Of a stretch of DNA of 64,000 bases, positions 1-10,218 are shown piece after piece. The notes below the pieces were generated by a model. The model was given only the letters and a program-made list of their open reading frames with translations, searched no databases and was not told where the DNA came from. The stretch is from Pseudothermotoga sp. (lineage in GTDB: Bacteria > Thermotogota > Thermotogae > Thermotogales > DSM-5069): NCBI GenBank assembly GCA_031962025.1, contig JAVRKW010000008.1; one strand, written 5' to 3'. Position 1 is the stretch's first letter. Each line of letters starts with the position of its first letter. The position numbers and the translations under genes are program-made.

Positions 1-363
1 TTCAGTTATCCACTGTGCCAGTTCGACGCCTATGAATCTACCGGGAAGTACGAGTACATTCGCATCATTGTGTGATCTTGCCAGTTTCGCCATCTCTGGA
101 AACAAACAGAGTGCGGCACGTATGCCTTTTATTCTGTTTGCCGCTATGCTCATACCAATACCTGTACCGCAAACCAGTATTCCAAAATCCGCATTTTTGG
201 TTTTTATGTCTTCTGCCACCTTTTTTGCAAAATCCGGATAATCAACGGCATCTTCGGAATAAGTCCCTTCATCAAGGACTTTGAAATTTCTGGATACCAA
301 AAACCCTTTCAGCGCCTCTTTAAGCCTGAACCCGGCGTGATCTGACCCAAGGGCGATTTTCAA
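1..363 (-). CDS. rpiB: Ribose-5-phosphate isomerase B (3' end cut off by window edge; not in ORF track)
   Basis: Manual translation from TTG at 363: MKIALGSDHAGFRLKE...VDYPDFA...GILVCGTGIGMSIAANRIKGIRAA...ARSHNDANVLVLPGR, the RpiB/LacAB motifs. Confidence 0.93.
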   Translation of the reverse strand, partial: MKIALGSDHAGFRLKEALKGFLVSRNFKVLDEGTYSEDAVDYPDFAKKVAEDIKTKNADFGILVCGTGIGMSIAANRIKGIRAALCLFPEMAKLARSHNDANVLVLPGRFIGVELAQWITE

Positions 364-369
364 TCGCAA

Positions 370-723
370 TCACTCTCCCAAAAACACTTTTAACGCTTCC
401 TGAACATTTTCACGAATGGAGAAAATCGAATCCAGCGATGTCATTTTAAAAATCCTTCTCAAGTTGCTCTCAAGACCGCAGAGTACAAGAGCACCACCGT
501 TCATTCTACATGATCTCTGAAGGCTTATCAAAACACCGAGTGCCGTACTGTCCATGTAATTAACCTGAGATAGATCAAGAATGATGTTCACTTTACCTTC
601 CTGTACAAAGTTATTTCTCATATCCTCTTTAAAATCCATGGCGTTGCTCATATCAATTTCTCCGGTTGGACGAATTATCCAGACATTTTTGATATTGGTC
701 ACGTCATAAAGTTTTTTATCCAT
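370..723 (-). CDS. Anti-sigma factor antagonist (STAS domain, SpoIIAA/RsbV-like)
   Basis: GEID...ILDLSQVNYMDSTALGVL motif with phosphorylatable Ser. Confidence 0.9.
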   Translation of the reverse strand: MDKKLYDVTNIKNVWIIRPTGEIDMSNAMDFKEDMRNNFVQEGKVNIILDLSQVNYMDSTALGVLISLQRSCRMNGGALVLCGLESNLRRIFKMTSLDSIFSIRENVQEALKVFLGE

Positions 724-1315
724 AGATTCTTATCACTCCCACTATCTTTCCGATGATTTTCACTCGCGTCGAATCTAACTCTAAGGGCTTCAATTTGGAA
801 TTTGCAGGCTGAAGAATCACCTTTTTCTCCTCAAAATATACCCTTTTCAGAGTGCTTTCAGTGTTATCTATCAATACAGCCGCTATATCACCGTTTTCAA
901 CAAATTCCTGTTTTCTAACGACTATATAATCTTTGTCGATTATGTGTTCTTCTACCATGCTGTCGCCTTTCACTCTGAGCAGAAAATGCTCAAAACCGCT
1001 CTTCACCATACTGATAGGAACTTCAACAAGTTCAGTTGGATTTTCTATCGCTTCGATTGCAGTTCCTGCGGCAATGGTGCCTATCACGGGTAATCTGACT
1101 GATTCAGATCTACTGAGAATTCTTATGCTTCTTGCTCTTCTGCCTCTGGTGATATAGCCCTTTTTTTCCAGCGCATCAAGGTGAATCATCGCACCTCTTG
1201 GAGTTATACGAAAAGCCCTTGCGACATCTCTGACACTTGGAGGGTATCCATGTTTATCTACATAGGAAACAACAAAATCGTAGACCTTTTTTTGCCTTTC
1301 TGTCAATTCCTTCAT
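716..1315 (-). CDS. lexA: SOS repressor LexA
   Basis: N-terminal wHTH (LTERQ..GYPPSVRDVA), Ala-Gly cleavage site (IAAG), GDSM Ser, TLKR Lys. Confidence 0.96.
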   Translation of the reverse strand: MKELTERQKKVYDFVVSYVDKHGYPPSVRDVARAFRITPRGAMIHLDALEKKGYITRGRRARSIRILSRSESVRLPVIGTIAAGTAIEAIENPTELVEVPISMVKSGFEHFLLRVKGDSMVEEHIIDKDYIVVRKQEFVENGDIAAVLIDNTESTLKRVYFEEKKVILQPANSKLKPLELDSTRVKIIGKIVGVIRIYG

Positions 1316-1689
1316 GTATCAAACACCACCTTCAGGATTATCTTACCTTCTTTTTGTGCAACTTTCAATTCGTGATACGTGAGAGCTTTCAATTCTATGC
1401 CGTGAAGTTCAGAAAAACCGACAAAGTCACAGTACAAAAGATTGCCGATTCTGCAGTTATTTGGAAAGAGTTTTCGTGCATCGATCATGTATATCCAGTC
1501 ATTGACTGTGTCAAAAACCATATCTTCAATTTCTTTGATCGGATACTCTTTTTGAAAAAAAACATCTTTTTTGAGCACCGGTCTGTAGTTGTCCTTTAAG
1601 ATCTCTATCAGGTCAGTAAAAAGCGATTCGAAACTGTCGCAGATCAACTCGTATCTAAGGTCCGCCGTGTGATCTAATTCTCTGTACAT
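1312..1689 (-). CDS. Archease family protein
   Basis: N-terminal [10 protein letters not shown] and C-terminal LKALTYH...VVFDT archease motifs. Confidence 0.88.
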   Translation of the reverse strand: MYRELDHTADLRYELICDSFESLFTDLIEILKDNYRPVLKKDVFFQKEYPIKEIEDMVFDTVNDWIYMIDARKLFPNNCRIGNLLYCDFVGFSELHGIELKALTYHELKVAQKEGKIILKVVFDT

Positions 1690-4100
1690 GATTCTACCAC
1701 CGCGAAACGGGAAACTTCATCTGATTCTGAAAGTTCAACTATTTTGACTCCTCTGGCTGTTCTGCTCAGCAAACTCACCGTTGAAACCTTGAATCTTATA
1801 GATTGACCATTTTTGGTCATTACTATCACATCGGAATCTGGATTGGTTACCACATCTATACCGCACAAATAACCAGCCTTTTCCACACCCGGCATTGTTT
1901 TTATTCCAACACCGCCTCGAGTCTGAACCCTGTACTCACTCAGTTTAGAACGTTTTCCGAAACCTCTCGCCGTTATGGTGAGAATCTCGCAGTTTTGATC
2001 AGAAACATTCACCATACCAACCACTTCATCTGCTTCTCTGAGTTTGATACCTGTAACACCCATGGCACTTCTACCCATCTGCCTGACCTCTTTGAGCTGG
2101 AATCTTATGGACATTCCGTGTTTTGTCGCAAGGATTATGTGATCGTTCTCGTCTTTCGACAGTCCCGCAGCGACAACTGTATCGCTGTCCTCAAAGGTTA
2201 TTGCTCTGATACCGCGACTTGTAACATTTTCAAATTCTTTCAGCGGTGTTCTTTTTATCTTTCCATTTTTGGTCACCAGAACCAGATCACCCAGCCATTC
2301 GTCAAAAGAGATCATAGTCAGCACAGATTCATCTTCTTCCAGATTCAGATAAAGCCTCACCGGTTTTCCTTTGCTATCTCTCCCGGTGATCTCTATCTCG
2401 TAATTCTTCAACAGATAAGCCTTGCCTTTTGACGTAACAAACAGGGTCTGAGAGTGCGTTTTACTTGTACAAACATTGAGTATTTCATCGTCTTCAGCCG
2501 TCCTAACACCGACGATACCCTTGCCTCCCCTTTTCTGACTGCGATAATCTTTCAAACTGGTGGATTTTAGATAACCTTTCTCGGTCAATGTGATCACTAT
2601 CTCTTCATTCGGTATCAGGTCTTCTGGCATATATTCCAATTCATCAGATGCGTTTTCGATCTTTGTCTTTCTTCTATCACCATATTTTTTCTTGAGCTGT
2701 TCAAGTTCCTGATACATAACTTCGTAAACTCTTTCATCGCGTGTGAGAATGTCTTTGACATCCTCTATCTTTTTGATCAGTTGAGAATATTCACTCTGGA
2801 GTTTTTCGACTTCAAGACTTGTCAGTCTGCCAAGTCTCATGTCAAGAATGGCTTTTGCCTGTTCTTCTGTTACAGAAAGAGTCTCAATCAGGTTTTTCGT
2901 GGCATCATCGCTGTCTTTACTCGATCTGATTATGTCCACCACTACACCAAGAGCCCTCGCGGCTTTCATAATACCTTCTACCACATGTGCCCTTTTCGAA
3001 TATACATTCAGTTCATACTGAGATCTTGCTCTGATCACATCATATCTGTGTTTTATGAATGCTTTGAGTAATTGAGAAAGATTCATCAACTTTGGCTTTC
3101 GGCCGTCGATCACAAGCATCTGAACGCCAAAAGACGTCTGCAAAGATGTATGTTTATACAAATTGTTCAATATGATGTTGTAATTTGCGTTTTTTGGAAA
3201 CTCTATGACGATTCTCGTACCGCTTTTGTCTGATTCATCTCTGATGTTTTTGATCATCATTTTTGGATTTCTTTCGGCATAGGCGGCTATTTCTTCTATC
3301 AGTGCGGCTTTGCTGACATTGTAAGGTATCTCGGTTATCACAAGTTTGTCGTATTTCTTGCCCTCTTCAAACTCAACCTTGGCTCTTAAAATTATCCTGC
3401 CCTTTCCGGTTGCATAAACCTCTGGCAGTTCGCTGGCATTCACAACCAGCGCACCTGTTGGAAAATCTGGACCTTTGATCTCTTCAAGAAGTTCAGAAAT
3501 GGTCGCATCCGGATTTCTTATCAATTTCTGTATGGCGTTTATGACTTCTGTCATATTATGCGGTGGTATGCTCGTTGCCATACCAACTGCTATACCATTT
3601 GCACCGTTGATCAGAAGATTTGGCACCTTCGCCGGCAGGACAACAGGTTCATCGAGCGAATCGTCGAAGTTTTTCATCATCGGTACAGTTTCTTTGTCAA
3701 GATCCTGCAGCATCTCTTCGGCAAGTTCTGATAACTTTGCCTCGGTGTACCTCATGGCTGCTGGCGGGTCTCTGTCTATGGATCCAAAATTTCCCTGACC
3801 GATCACCAGTGGATATCTCATCGTGAACAGCTGAGCAAGTCTTACAAGTGCATCGTACACAGAAGCATCACCGTGGGGATGGTATTTTCCCAGAACCTCT
3901 CCGACAATTCTTGCACACTTTTTGGATTGAGCGTTGTGGGTCAGTCCCAGTTCATACATCGCGTAGAGTATTCTGCGCTGAACTGGTTTCAATCCGTCGC
4001 GCACATCGGGAATCGCGCGCCCGATGATGACGCTCATTGAGTAATTCATGTAAAGTTCTACGAGTTCTTCTTCTATGTTTTTTGGAAGAACATCTGCCAC
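1674..4100 (-). CDS. gyrA: DNA gyrase subunit A
   Basis: [15 protein letters not shown] catalytic Tyr, GyrA-box QKRGGKG, beta-pinwheel repeats. Confidence 0.97.
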   Translation of the reverse strand: MADVLPKNIEEELVELYMNYSMSVIIGRAIPDVRDGLKPVQRRILYAMYELGLTHNAQSKKCARIVGEVLGKYHPHGDASVYDALVRLAQLFTMRYPLVIGQGNFGSIDRDPPAAMRYTEAKLSELAEEMLQDLDKETVPMMKNFDDSLDEPVVLPAKVPNLLINGANGIAVGMATSIPPHNMTEVINAIQKLIRNPDATISELLEEIKGPDFPTGALVVNASELPEVYATGKGRIILRAKVEFEEGKKYDKLVITEIPYNVSKAALIEEIAAYAERNPKMMIKNIRDESDKSGTRIVIEFPKNANYNIILNNLYKHTSLQTSFGVQMLVIDGRKPKLMNLSQLLKAFIKHRYDVIRARSQYELNVYSKRAHVVEGIMKAARALGVVVDIIRSSKDSDDATKNLIETLSVTEEQAKAILDMRLGRLTSLEVEKLQSEYSQLIKKIEDVKDILTRDERVYEVMYQELEQLKKKYGDRRKTKIENASDELEYMPEDLIPNEEIVITLTEKGYLKSTSLKDYRSQKRGGKGIVGVRTAEDDEILNVCTSKTHSQTLFVTSKGKAYLLKNYEIEITGRDSKGKPVRLYLNLEEDESVLTMISFDEWLGDLVLVTKNGKIKRTPLKEFENVTSRGIRAITFEDSDTVVAAGLSKDENDHIILATKHGMSIRFQLKEVRQMGRSAMGVTGIKLREADEVVGMVNVSDQNCEILTITARGFGKRSKLSEYRVQTRGGVGIKTMPGVEKAGYLCGIDVVTNPDSDVIVMTKNGQSIRFKVSTVSLLSRTARGVKIVELSESDEVSRFAVVESCTEN

Positions 4101-4112
4101 TTTTAGACCCTC

Positions 4113-5996
4113 CTATGAGATCGTTGCGCCGGGTGCAATGTCTCCATCCACAGTCAAGATTCTCAGATTGACGCCGTCTTTTGCCGCAAGCAGCATTCCC
4201 TGTGATTCAACACCCATGAGCTTGGCTGGTTTGAGATTTGCGACTATAACGATGGTTTTGCCAACAAGATTCTCAGGTTCGTAATACTTTGCTATTCCAG
4301 CCACGATCTGTCTCTGTCCAAGTTCACCAACATCGAGTATAAGCTTGAGCAATTTATCAGATTTTGGTACTCTTTCAGCCGAAAGCACCTTTGCCGTTCT
4401 CAACTCGACTTTCTTGAATTCGTCAATTTCTATGACGTTAACATTCTCCATCTTTGGCTCACTCTCCTTTTTTTCAAAACTGAATTCCTTCTTCTCAAAC
4501 AAAGGCTTACCATGAATCACTTTTACAGATGGTTTCAGAACACCCCACTTATCGAGAAATTCTCTGGAAGGTTTTGAGTCAAAACCAAGTCTTGTCAGAA
4601 CCTCCCTGGATGAGTCAGGCATCACAGGCGAAAACATCACGGCAACCTTTAACAGAGCTTCACACACGTTGTATAAAACCGTCGAAAGTTTTGAAAAATC
4701 CTTTTGTTTTGCCAAAACCCAGGGCTTTTTTTCGTCAAAATACTTGTTTGAAAGCATCAAAACTTCCAGAATCTTTTCTACAGCCTGTGTCAAAGAGTAC
4801 TCGTCCATCAATTTTTGATATTCTTTGATGCGTATCATAACGTCCTGTTTGAATCTCTCATCGACATCGTCGCTACCTTCACAAGCAGGTAAGATTGATG
4901 AATAGTGCTTTTCCACCATCGCAAGGGTCCTGTGCAACAAATTACCGTAATCATTTGCCAGATCCGAGTTCAACCTGTTTACGAGATTTTTCTCGGAGAA
5001 ATCTCCATCTTTACCGAAGTTTATGTCTCTGAGAAGGTAGAATCTGAGAACATCGTTGCCGTACTTTTCAATGAAATAAGTTGGATCTATGGCATTACCT
5101 AAGGATTTTGAAATTTTCTGTCCATCGACTGTTAGCCAGCCGTGGGCGAAAACAACCTTTGGCAAAGGCAGTCCCACAGACATCAACATGGCAGGCCAGA
5201 CGATGGAGTGGAAACGATTTATCTCCTTACCTATCAGATGTAAATCAGCCGGCCAGTATTTGTTGAACTTTTCCATATCAAACGGATAACCAATCGCAGA
5301 AACATAGTTTATCAGTGCATCGACCCAGACGTATATAACATGCTCCGGGTCATTCGGCATCGGAACTCCCCATTTGAATGTGGTCCGCGTTATACTCAGA
5401 TCTTTCAATCCACCTTGAAGTATTTTGAGCATCTCGTTCCTGCGAAAATCTGGCTGGACAAAGTCTGGATTTTCCTCATAATGCTTTAAGAGTGCATTTG
5501 TATATTTCGAGAGCCTGAAGAAATAGTTTTCCTCACTTATATACTTCAACTCTCTGCCACAGGAAGGACAGAGTTTTTCAGCACCTATTTCATCCTCGTT
5601 CCAGTAAGTTTCGCACGGTACACAATACCAGCCTTTATACTCACCTTTGTATATATCACCGTTTTCTAACATTTTCTTGACAAAATACTGGACTACTTTC
5701 ATGTGGTTTTCATCTGTGGTTCTTATAAAACCATCATTGGTGATCCCAAGCCTATTCCAGAGCTTTTTGAATCTACCCGCGAGCTCGTCGCAGAAATCCT
5801 GTGGGCTTTTGCCAGATGCATTCGCGGCTTGCAAAATCTTCTGACCGTGCTCATCTGTACCGGTGAGAAAAAAGACGTCATATCCCATCATGCGTTTATA
5901 GCGCGCTATTATATCGGCAACTATCGTCGTGTAAGCACTGCCGACATGGGGATCCGAGTTGACATAGTATATCGGTGTAGTGATATAAAACTTCAG
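4113..5996 (-). CDS. metG: Methionyl-tRNA synthetase with C-terminal tRNA-binding domain (probable CTG start at 5996; ORF track extends to 6080)
   Basis: FYITTPIYY, HVGS (HIGH), CVPC/CPSC Zn knuckle, KISKS (KMSKS), C-terminal OB domain; GGAGG 8 nt upstream of CTG. Confidence 0.96.
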   Translation of the reverse strand: MKFYITTPIYYVNSDPHVGSAYTTIVADIIARYKRMMGYDVFFLTGTDEHGQKILQAANASGKSPQDFCDELAGRFKKLWNRLGITNDGFIRTTDENHMKVVQYFVKKMLENGDIYKGEYKGWYCVPCETYWNEDEIGAEKLCPSCGRELKYISEENYFFRLSKYTNALLKHYEENPDFVQPDFRRNEMLKILQGGLKDLSITRTTFKWGVPMPNDPEHVIYVWVDALINYVSAIGYPFDMEKFNKYWPADLHLIGKEINRFHSIVWPAMLMSVGLPLPKVVFAHGWLTVDGQKISKSLGNAIDPTYFIEKYGNDVLRFYLLRDINFGKDGDFSEKNLVNRLNSDLANDYGNLLHRTLAMVEKHYSSILPACEGSDDVDERFKQDVMIRIKEYQKLMDEYSLTQAVEKILEVLMLSNKYFDEKKPWVLAKQKDFSKLSTVLYNVCEALLKVAVMFSPVMPDSSREVLTRLGFDSKPSREFLDKWGVLKPSVKVIHGKPLFEKKEFSFEKKESEPKMENVNVIEIDEFKKVELRTAKVLSAERVPKSDKLLKLILDVGELGQRQIVAGIAKYYEPENLVGKTIVIVANLKPAKLMGVESQGMLLAAKDGVNLRILTVDGDIAPGATIS

Positions 5997-6179
5997 AAAA
6001 ATCACCTCCACTGCTTTTTTTATTTTACCGCATTTTCGTCGTTTTTCAGCGCTGTCAACCCAATTTTCTACAATATGCAAAAAAATGTACTCTTTTCTAA
6101 ATTTTTCTTGCCTTTTCTATTTGTCAGGGCACCTATTGCAAAATGTCCGTTGCTTGTTAATTTTAAAAGATAATCGAAA

Positions 6180-6224
6180 GGCTTTTGCCACCGGCTGAAG
6201 CTGAATAAGCGGCGGGTAGTTGAC
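6180..6224 (-). mobile_element. Orphan IS200/IS605 (IscB-type) end / truncated omega-RNA 5' remnant
   Basis: Minus strand GTCAACTACCCGCCGCTTATTCAGCTTCAGCCGGTGGCAAAAGCC; the first 10 nt are identical to the IscB element left end at 17878, followed by a GC-rich hairpin and a GGC-AAAA-GCC mini-hairpin. Confidence 0.55.
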
Positions 6225-6264
6225 TATAAGAAAATTTCAACTCACATTGAGTTTTGCTTAAAAT

Positions 6265-7824
6265 TCACAGCCAAAAAACATCATCCAAAATCACCTTTTG
6301 TCCCCATCGACTCACAAACCACTGTTTATTTGTAGTGTGAACGGGCAGTATCAGATCTGGATTCAATTCATTTATGATCTGTTCAAGTTTTGCAGCCCGA
6401 ACATGTCCCGAAGCGTGGAATTGTTTTGTGAATTTTGCTTGACCATTTTCATCAATTTCAAAACCGTATGTTTTTATGGAAAACCTTTTGATCCAGTTGC
6501 CGAACCTTAAAAAATCCATCTGTTGTTCTTCTGTATATGCTTCGCTCGAAGAATGAATGTAAATCGATCCTTTCAGGACTTCTTCGTCCAGATCGAGTAT
6601 ATTGTGAAAATCCCAGTAACCTGCCGAGATCATGTAATTCGAAGGTTTTAAATTGATCAACTGTGGTAATAACAAAATCCCATCGGCTTTTGCTTTTTCC
6701 ATAATTTCTTTTTCGAGACCGGCGAACGACGATTTGGCTGTGTGAAACACCCTCACATGTTCCATTTCTCGATCAGACAACCTCCAGATCGGCTCAACTT
6801 CACCCATTTTGACAAGATAGGCATAATCCTTTGGCATTAAAACAAGCGACCTGTCTGTCTGCATTGCGATTTTCAAAAAACTCATCAACCTTTCAAGGTG
6901 TTTCACGGAAAAATCGACTATCACAAGCCTGTCAGTATTTTCAACAAGTTCAAGTGCATTCAGATAAACATCTCTTTCATTAGCCGATACGTCCTCTCTT
7001 GACACAGTCGTTCCTTCTGTGATCAAAAGCAAAGGGCGTTTGTCTTTTAAAAACTGGAAAAAATTTTCAGTTCTCTTTGAGAGATCAAGCCTTTTTTCTC
7101 CCAAATTCTGTTTCCAGAAAATTTCTTCTTCATCTGTCTCGGGTCCTGTCCGAAAATCTCCGGTATAGGCAACCCACCAGTCATCTACTTTTACAACTAA
7201 ACCTGCCGCTCCGATCACCGAATGATAAACAGGAAGGACATATAACTCATCTTTCCACAGATCCGCAGAACGCAATAAAATGAAATAATTCTCATCCAGA
7301 TCACACATGCCAGAAGAACTGCTGTGCACGCATATTTTTCTTTTAATATATGCCTTTTTCTCCGTTTTGAGTACATCAAATCTGTATATATCGTCTTCCT
7401 GCGGTCTTTGCCTTTTTCTCAAATACAGTTCATTCCACACTTCCTGTCTGATTTCAGCGTTGGTCCTGAGAATGGCAAGTGTTTCATTGGTGGTCAATAT
7501 GGGTATTGTCTCACTTATCAAACCGTTCAAGCCAGTGTGATCTTCATGACCATGGCTTAAGAAAAGAAAATGCACGCGTTCATTCGTTCCAAATTCAGGT
7601 GGCTCAAGATCCTTTCTGTATATGTTGAGCTTTGGTAAAAGCCCGAGTTTTAGAAGATCATGCAAAATCTTGCCAGTACGTGGTTTCAAGTATTCCTCAA
7701 AATACAAAGACCACTTTGAGAAATTCAAACCAAAGTCCAGAAGAAAACCGTCATTTGAATTATCAACAATCAGGATTTTATTACCACCTATACAGTCATA
7801 CCCATCCAAAACGCTGATTTTCAA
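6265..7824 (-). CDS. MBL-fold/beta-CASP metallo-hydrolase, RNase J-like
   Basis: IGGNKI, LLDFG, SHGHEDH, YTGDFR, ITEGT, HASGH motifs; TTG start after GGAGG (ORF track start 7842). Confidence 0.82.
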   Translation of the reverse strand: MKISVLDGYDCIGGNKILIVDNSNDGFLLDFGLNFSKWSLYFEEYLKPRTGKILHDLLKLGLLPKLNIYRKDLEPPEFGTNERVHFLFLSHGHEDHTGLNGLISETIPILTTNETLAILRTNAEIRQEVWNELYLRKRQRPQEDDIYRFDVLKTEKKAYIKRKICVHSSSSGMCDLDENYFILLRSADLWKDELYVLPVYHSVIGAAGLVVKVDDWWVAYTGDFRTGPETDEEEIFWKQNLGEKRLDLSKRTENFFQFLKDKRPLLLITEGTTVSREDVSANERDVYLNALELVENTDRLVIVDFSVKHLERLMSFLKIAMQTDRSLVLMPKDYAYLVKMGEVEPIWRLSDREMEHVRVFHTAKSSFAGLEKEIMEKAKADGILLLPQLINLKPSNYMISAGYWDFHNILDLDEEVLKGSIYIHSSSEAYTEEQQMDFLRFGNWIKRFSIKTYGFEIDENGQAKFTKQFHASGHVRAAKLEQIINELNPDLILPVHTTNKQWFVSRWGQKVILDDVFWL

Positions 7825-7983
7825 CTCATTTCCCTCCAACATTTATGATGCCACAACATCTTGCCAAAAATTCCTGAGAACCCCGCTGGATTTCAAATTT
7901 TGCAAATTGCCTGTGAACTTGATTTATCCGGCAAGAAAAATGTAAAATAAAAACGCCACAAACTTTCGACAGGGGGTGTAAAC

Positions 7984-9285
7984 ATGAAGCGTTTGATCCT
8001 GGTTGTTCTTTTTGTGACCTTCCTGGTTATTTTCGCAACCGCAAAAACAACCATCACGTTCTGGCATGCTATGAGCGGAGCAAATCTCACAGCCCTTGAA
8101 CAAATCGTCAAAGATTTCAACGCCACTCATCCAGACATCGAAGTTGTGCCGGTTTTTACTGGAAGCTATGCGGAAACACTCACCAAAGCCATTGCGGCTT
8201 ACAGGAACAACACACAGCCGCACATAGTACAGGTATATGAAGTTGGCTTGCAGACGATGCTTGACAGTGGAGCCATCGTACCGGTTTTCGAGCTGGCTGA
8301 ACCAGATTTTGACTGGGGCGACATAGTTGTACCCATTCTGAATTACTATTCTGTGGATGGAAAACTCTATTCAATGCCGTTCAATTCATCAACAGCGATT
8401 CTATATTACAACAAAGACATCTTTCAAAAGGCTGGTCTTGATCCAAACAAACCACCAACAACCTTTGACGAGGTCTTTGAATATGGAAAGAAAATAGTTG
8501 AATCAAAAGCTGCCCTGGGTGGTATTGCCTTTGGCTGGCCTGCATGGGTGTTTGAGCAAATGCATGCAATTCACGCTCAATTTTATGCCAATAACGAAAA
8601 CGGAAGAAAGGCAAAAGCAAGCGAAGTTTACTTCAACAGAGATTTCGGTGTGAAAGTTTTCAGCGAATGGATCAAATGGGCGCAGAATGGCGTGCTCGTT
8701 TATGGTGGAAGAGAATACAATGCCAATAATGCATTTTTGGCAGGACAGGTGGCAATGCTCATTCAGTCCACATCCTCAGTTGGTTCAATAGAAAGCAAGG
8801 CTAACTTCAAAGTCGGTACAACTTTCCTGCCAAGAATACCCGGATATCCAAAAGGAAACTCGGTCATCGGCGGTGCAACTCTGTGGGTAATGAAAGGCAA
8901 ACCGAAAGAGGATTACAAAGCAGTCTGGGAATTTTTGAAATACGTTGCAAAACCGGAAGTTTCCCAAAAATGGCACAAAGCCACAGGGTATTTCCCGACC
9001 AGTAACAGTGCTTTGAAGGCACTGCTCGATGAAGGCTGGTTCTCAGAACACCCAAATCATCTGACCGCTTTTCTGCAGATTTTGAGTGGAATTAACAGAC
9101 CGGAATCTCAAGGTGTGAGACTTGGCAATTTTGTTGCAATAAGAGATGTTGTGGATTCCGCGTTCGAGAAGGCACTGCAGTACAAAGGACCGGATATTGA
9201 AAAAGTAGCAAAAGCCATACTCGATGATGCTGCAAAACAGTGTAATCAAATTCTCAAAGATTACATTTCGCTGTATGGCAAATGA
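7984..9285 (+). CDS. ugpB: ABC transporter substrate-binding protein, sn-glycerol-3-phosphate (UgpB) type
   Basis: Signal peptide, ITFWHAM, QVYEVG, SMPFNSSTAILYYNKD, IGGATLW, WHKATGYFP. Confidence 0.8.
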   Translation: MKRLILVVLFVTFLVIFATAKTTITFWHAMSGANLTALEQIVKDFNATHPDIEVVPVFTGSYAETLTKAIAAYRNNTQPHIVQVYEVGLQTMLDSGAIVPVFELAEPDFDWGDIVVPILNYYSVDGKLYSMPFNSSTAILYYNKDIFQKAGLDPNKPPTTFDEVFEYGKKIVESKAALGGIAFGWPAWVFEQMHAIHAQFYANNENGRKAKASEVYFNRDFGVKVFSEWIKWAQNGVLVYGGREYNANNAFLAGQVAMLIQSTSSVGSIESKANFKVGTTFLPRIPGYPKGNSVIGGATLWVMKGKPKEDYKAVWEFLKYVAKPEVSQKWHKATGYFPTSNSALKALLDEGWFSEHPNHLTAFLQILSGINRPESQGVRLGNFVAIRDVVDSAFEKALQYKGPDIEKVAKAILDDAAKQCNQILKDYISLYGK

Positions 9286-9290
9286 TTCAC

Positions 9291-9308
9291 AGGGGGCTTC
9301 TGCCCCCT
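9291..9308 (+). terminator. GC-rich stem-loop just after the SBP gene (mRNA stabiliser or partial terminator)
   Basis: AGGGGGC-TTCT-GCCCCCT followed by TTT. Confidence 0.55.
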
Positions 9309-9336
9309 TTCTGGTTAAAAATGGATGGTGATTTGA

Positions 9337-10218
9337 GTGCACAGCAAATTCCCAAACAAAATCATGCCATATATTCTTTTACTACCATCTATAGTGGTCA
9401 TAGTGATCTTCTTTTTGATACCAACAGTCCGTTCGATATACCAGAGTTTTTTCAGAGTATCGCCTTTTGGTGATCGCCGCATTTTCGTCGGATTTGGGAA
9501 TTTTTCAAGACTTTTCAACTCACCAGCGTATGTTGATAGCCTTGTAAGGACATTGATCTTTGCCGGTTCTGTTGTCTTAATTGGTCTTGTCTTTTGCATC
9601 ATCGTCGCCGCTTTGCTCAATCAAAGACTCAGAGGAATGACCATCTACAGAACCTTTTTCATATGGACATACGCGATTTCTCCTGCAATAGCAGGCACTC
9701 TGTGGGCTTTGATGTTCAATCCAGCGACAGGTCCCGTGGTCTATCTTGTGAAACTGCTCAGTGGCAGGACGATCAACTGGATGAACGATGGAAACCTTGC
9801 TCTGGCTATCGTCATTATTGCTGCTGTGTGGAAAATGATGGGATACAATATAATCTTCTATCTTGCAGGTTTACAGACTGTCCCAAATGAACTTCTGGAA
9901 GCGGCGGCAATAGACGGTGCAAATGGAATAAAGAGATTCATCAAAGTAACTTTGCCATTACTTTCACCAACAACATTTTTTCTGCTCATAATGAACATGC
10001 TGTATGCCTTCTTTGAAGTTTTTGGCTTGATCGACATAATGACAAAAGGCGGTCCAGGTAATGCAACGGAGATACTGGTGTACAAACTGTACAGAGACGG
10101 TTTCATTGCTATAGACATTGGTTTTGCATCGGCTCAGTCGGTGGTACTGTTTATTTTCGTGACGATACTGACAATTTTGCAATTCAGATATACCCAGCAA
10201 AAAGTCTTTTATGGTTAG
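9337..10218 (+). CDS. ugpA: Carbohydrate ABC permease, UgpA type
   Basis: Multiple TM segments, EAA motif (LLEAAAIDGA). Confidence 0.8.
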   Translation: MHSKFPNKIMPYILLLPSIVVIVIFFLIPTVRSIYQSFFRVSPFGDRRIFVGFGNFSRLFNSPAYVDSLVRTLIFAGSVVLIGLVFCIIVAALLNQRLRGMTIYRTFFIWTYAISPAIAGTLWALMFNPATGPVVYLVKLLSGRTINWMNDGNLALAIVIIAAVWKMMGYNIIFYLAGLQTVPNELLEAAAIDGANGIKRFIKVTLPLLSPTTFFLLIMNMLYAFFEVFGLIDIMTKGGPGNATEILVYKLYRDGFIAIDIGFASAQSVVLFIFVTILTILQFRYTQQKVFYG

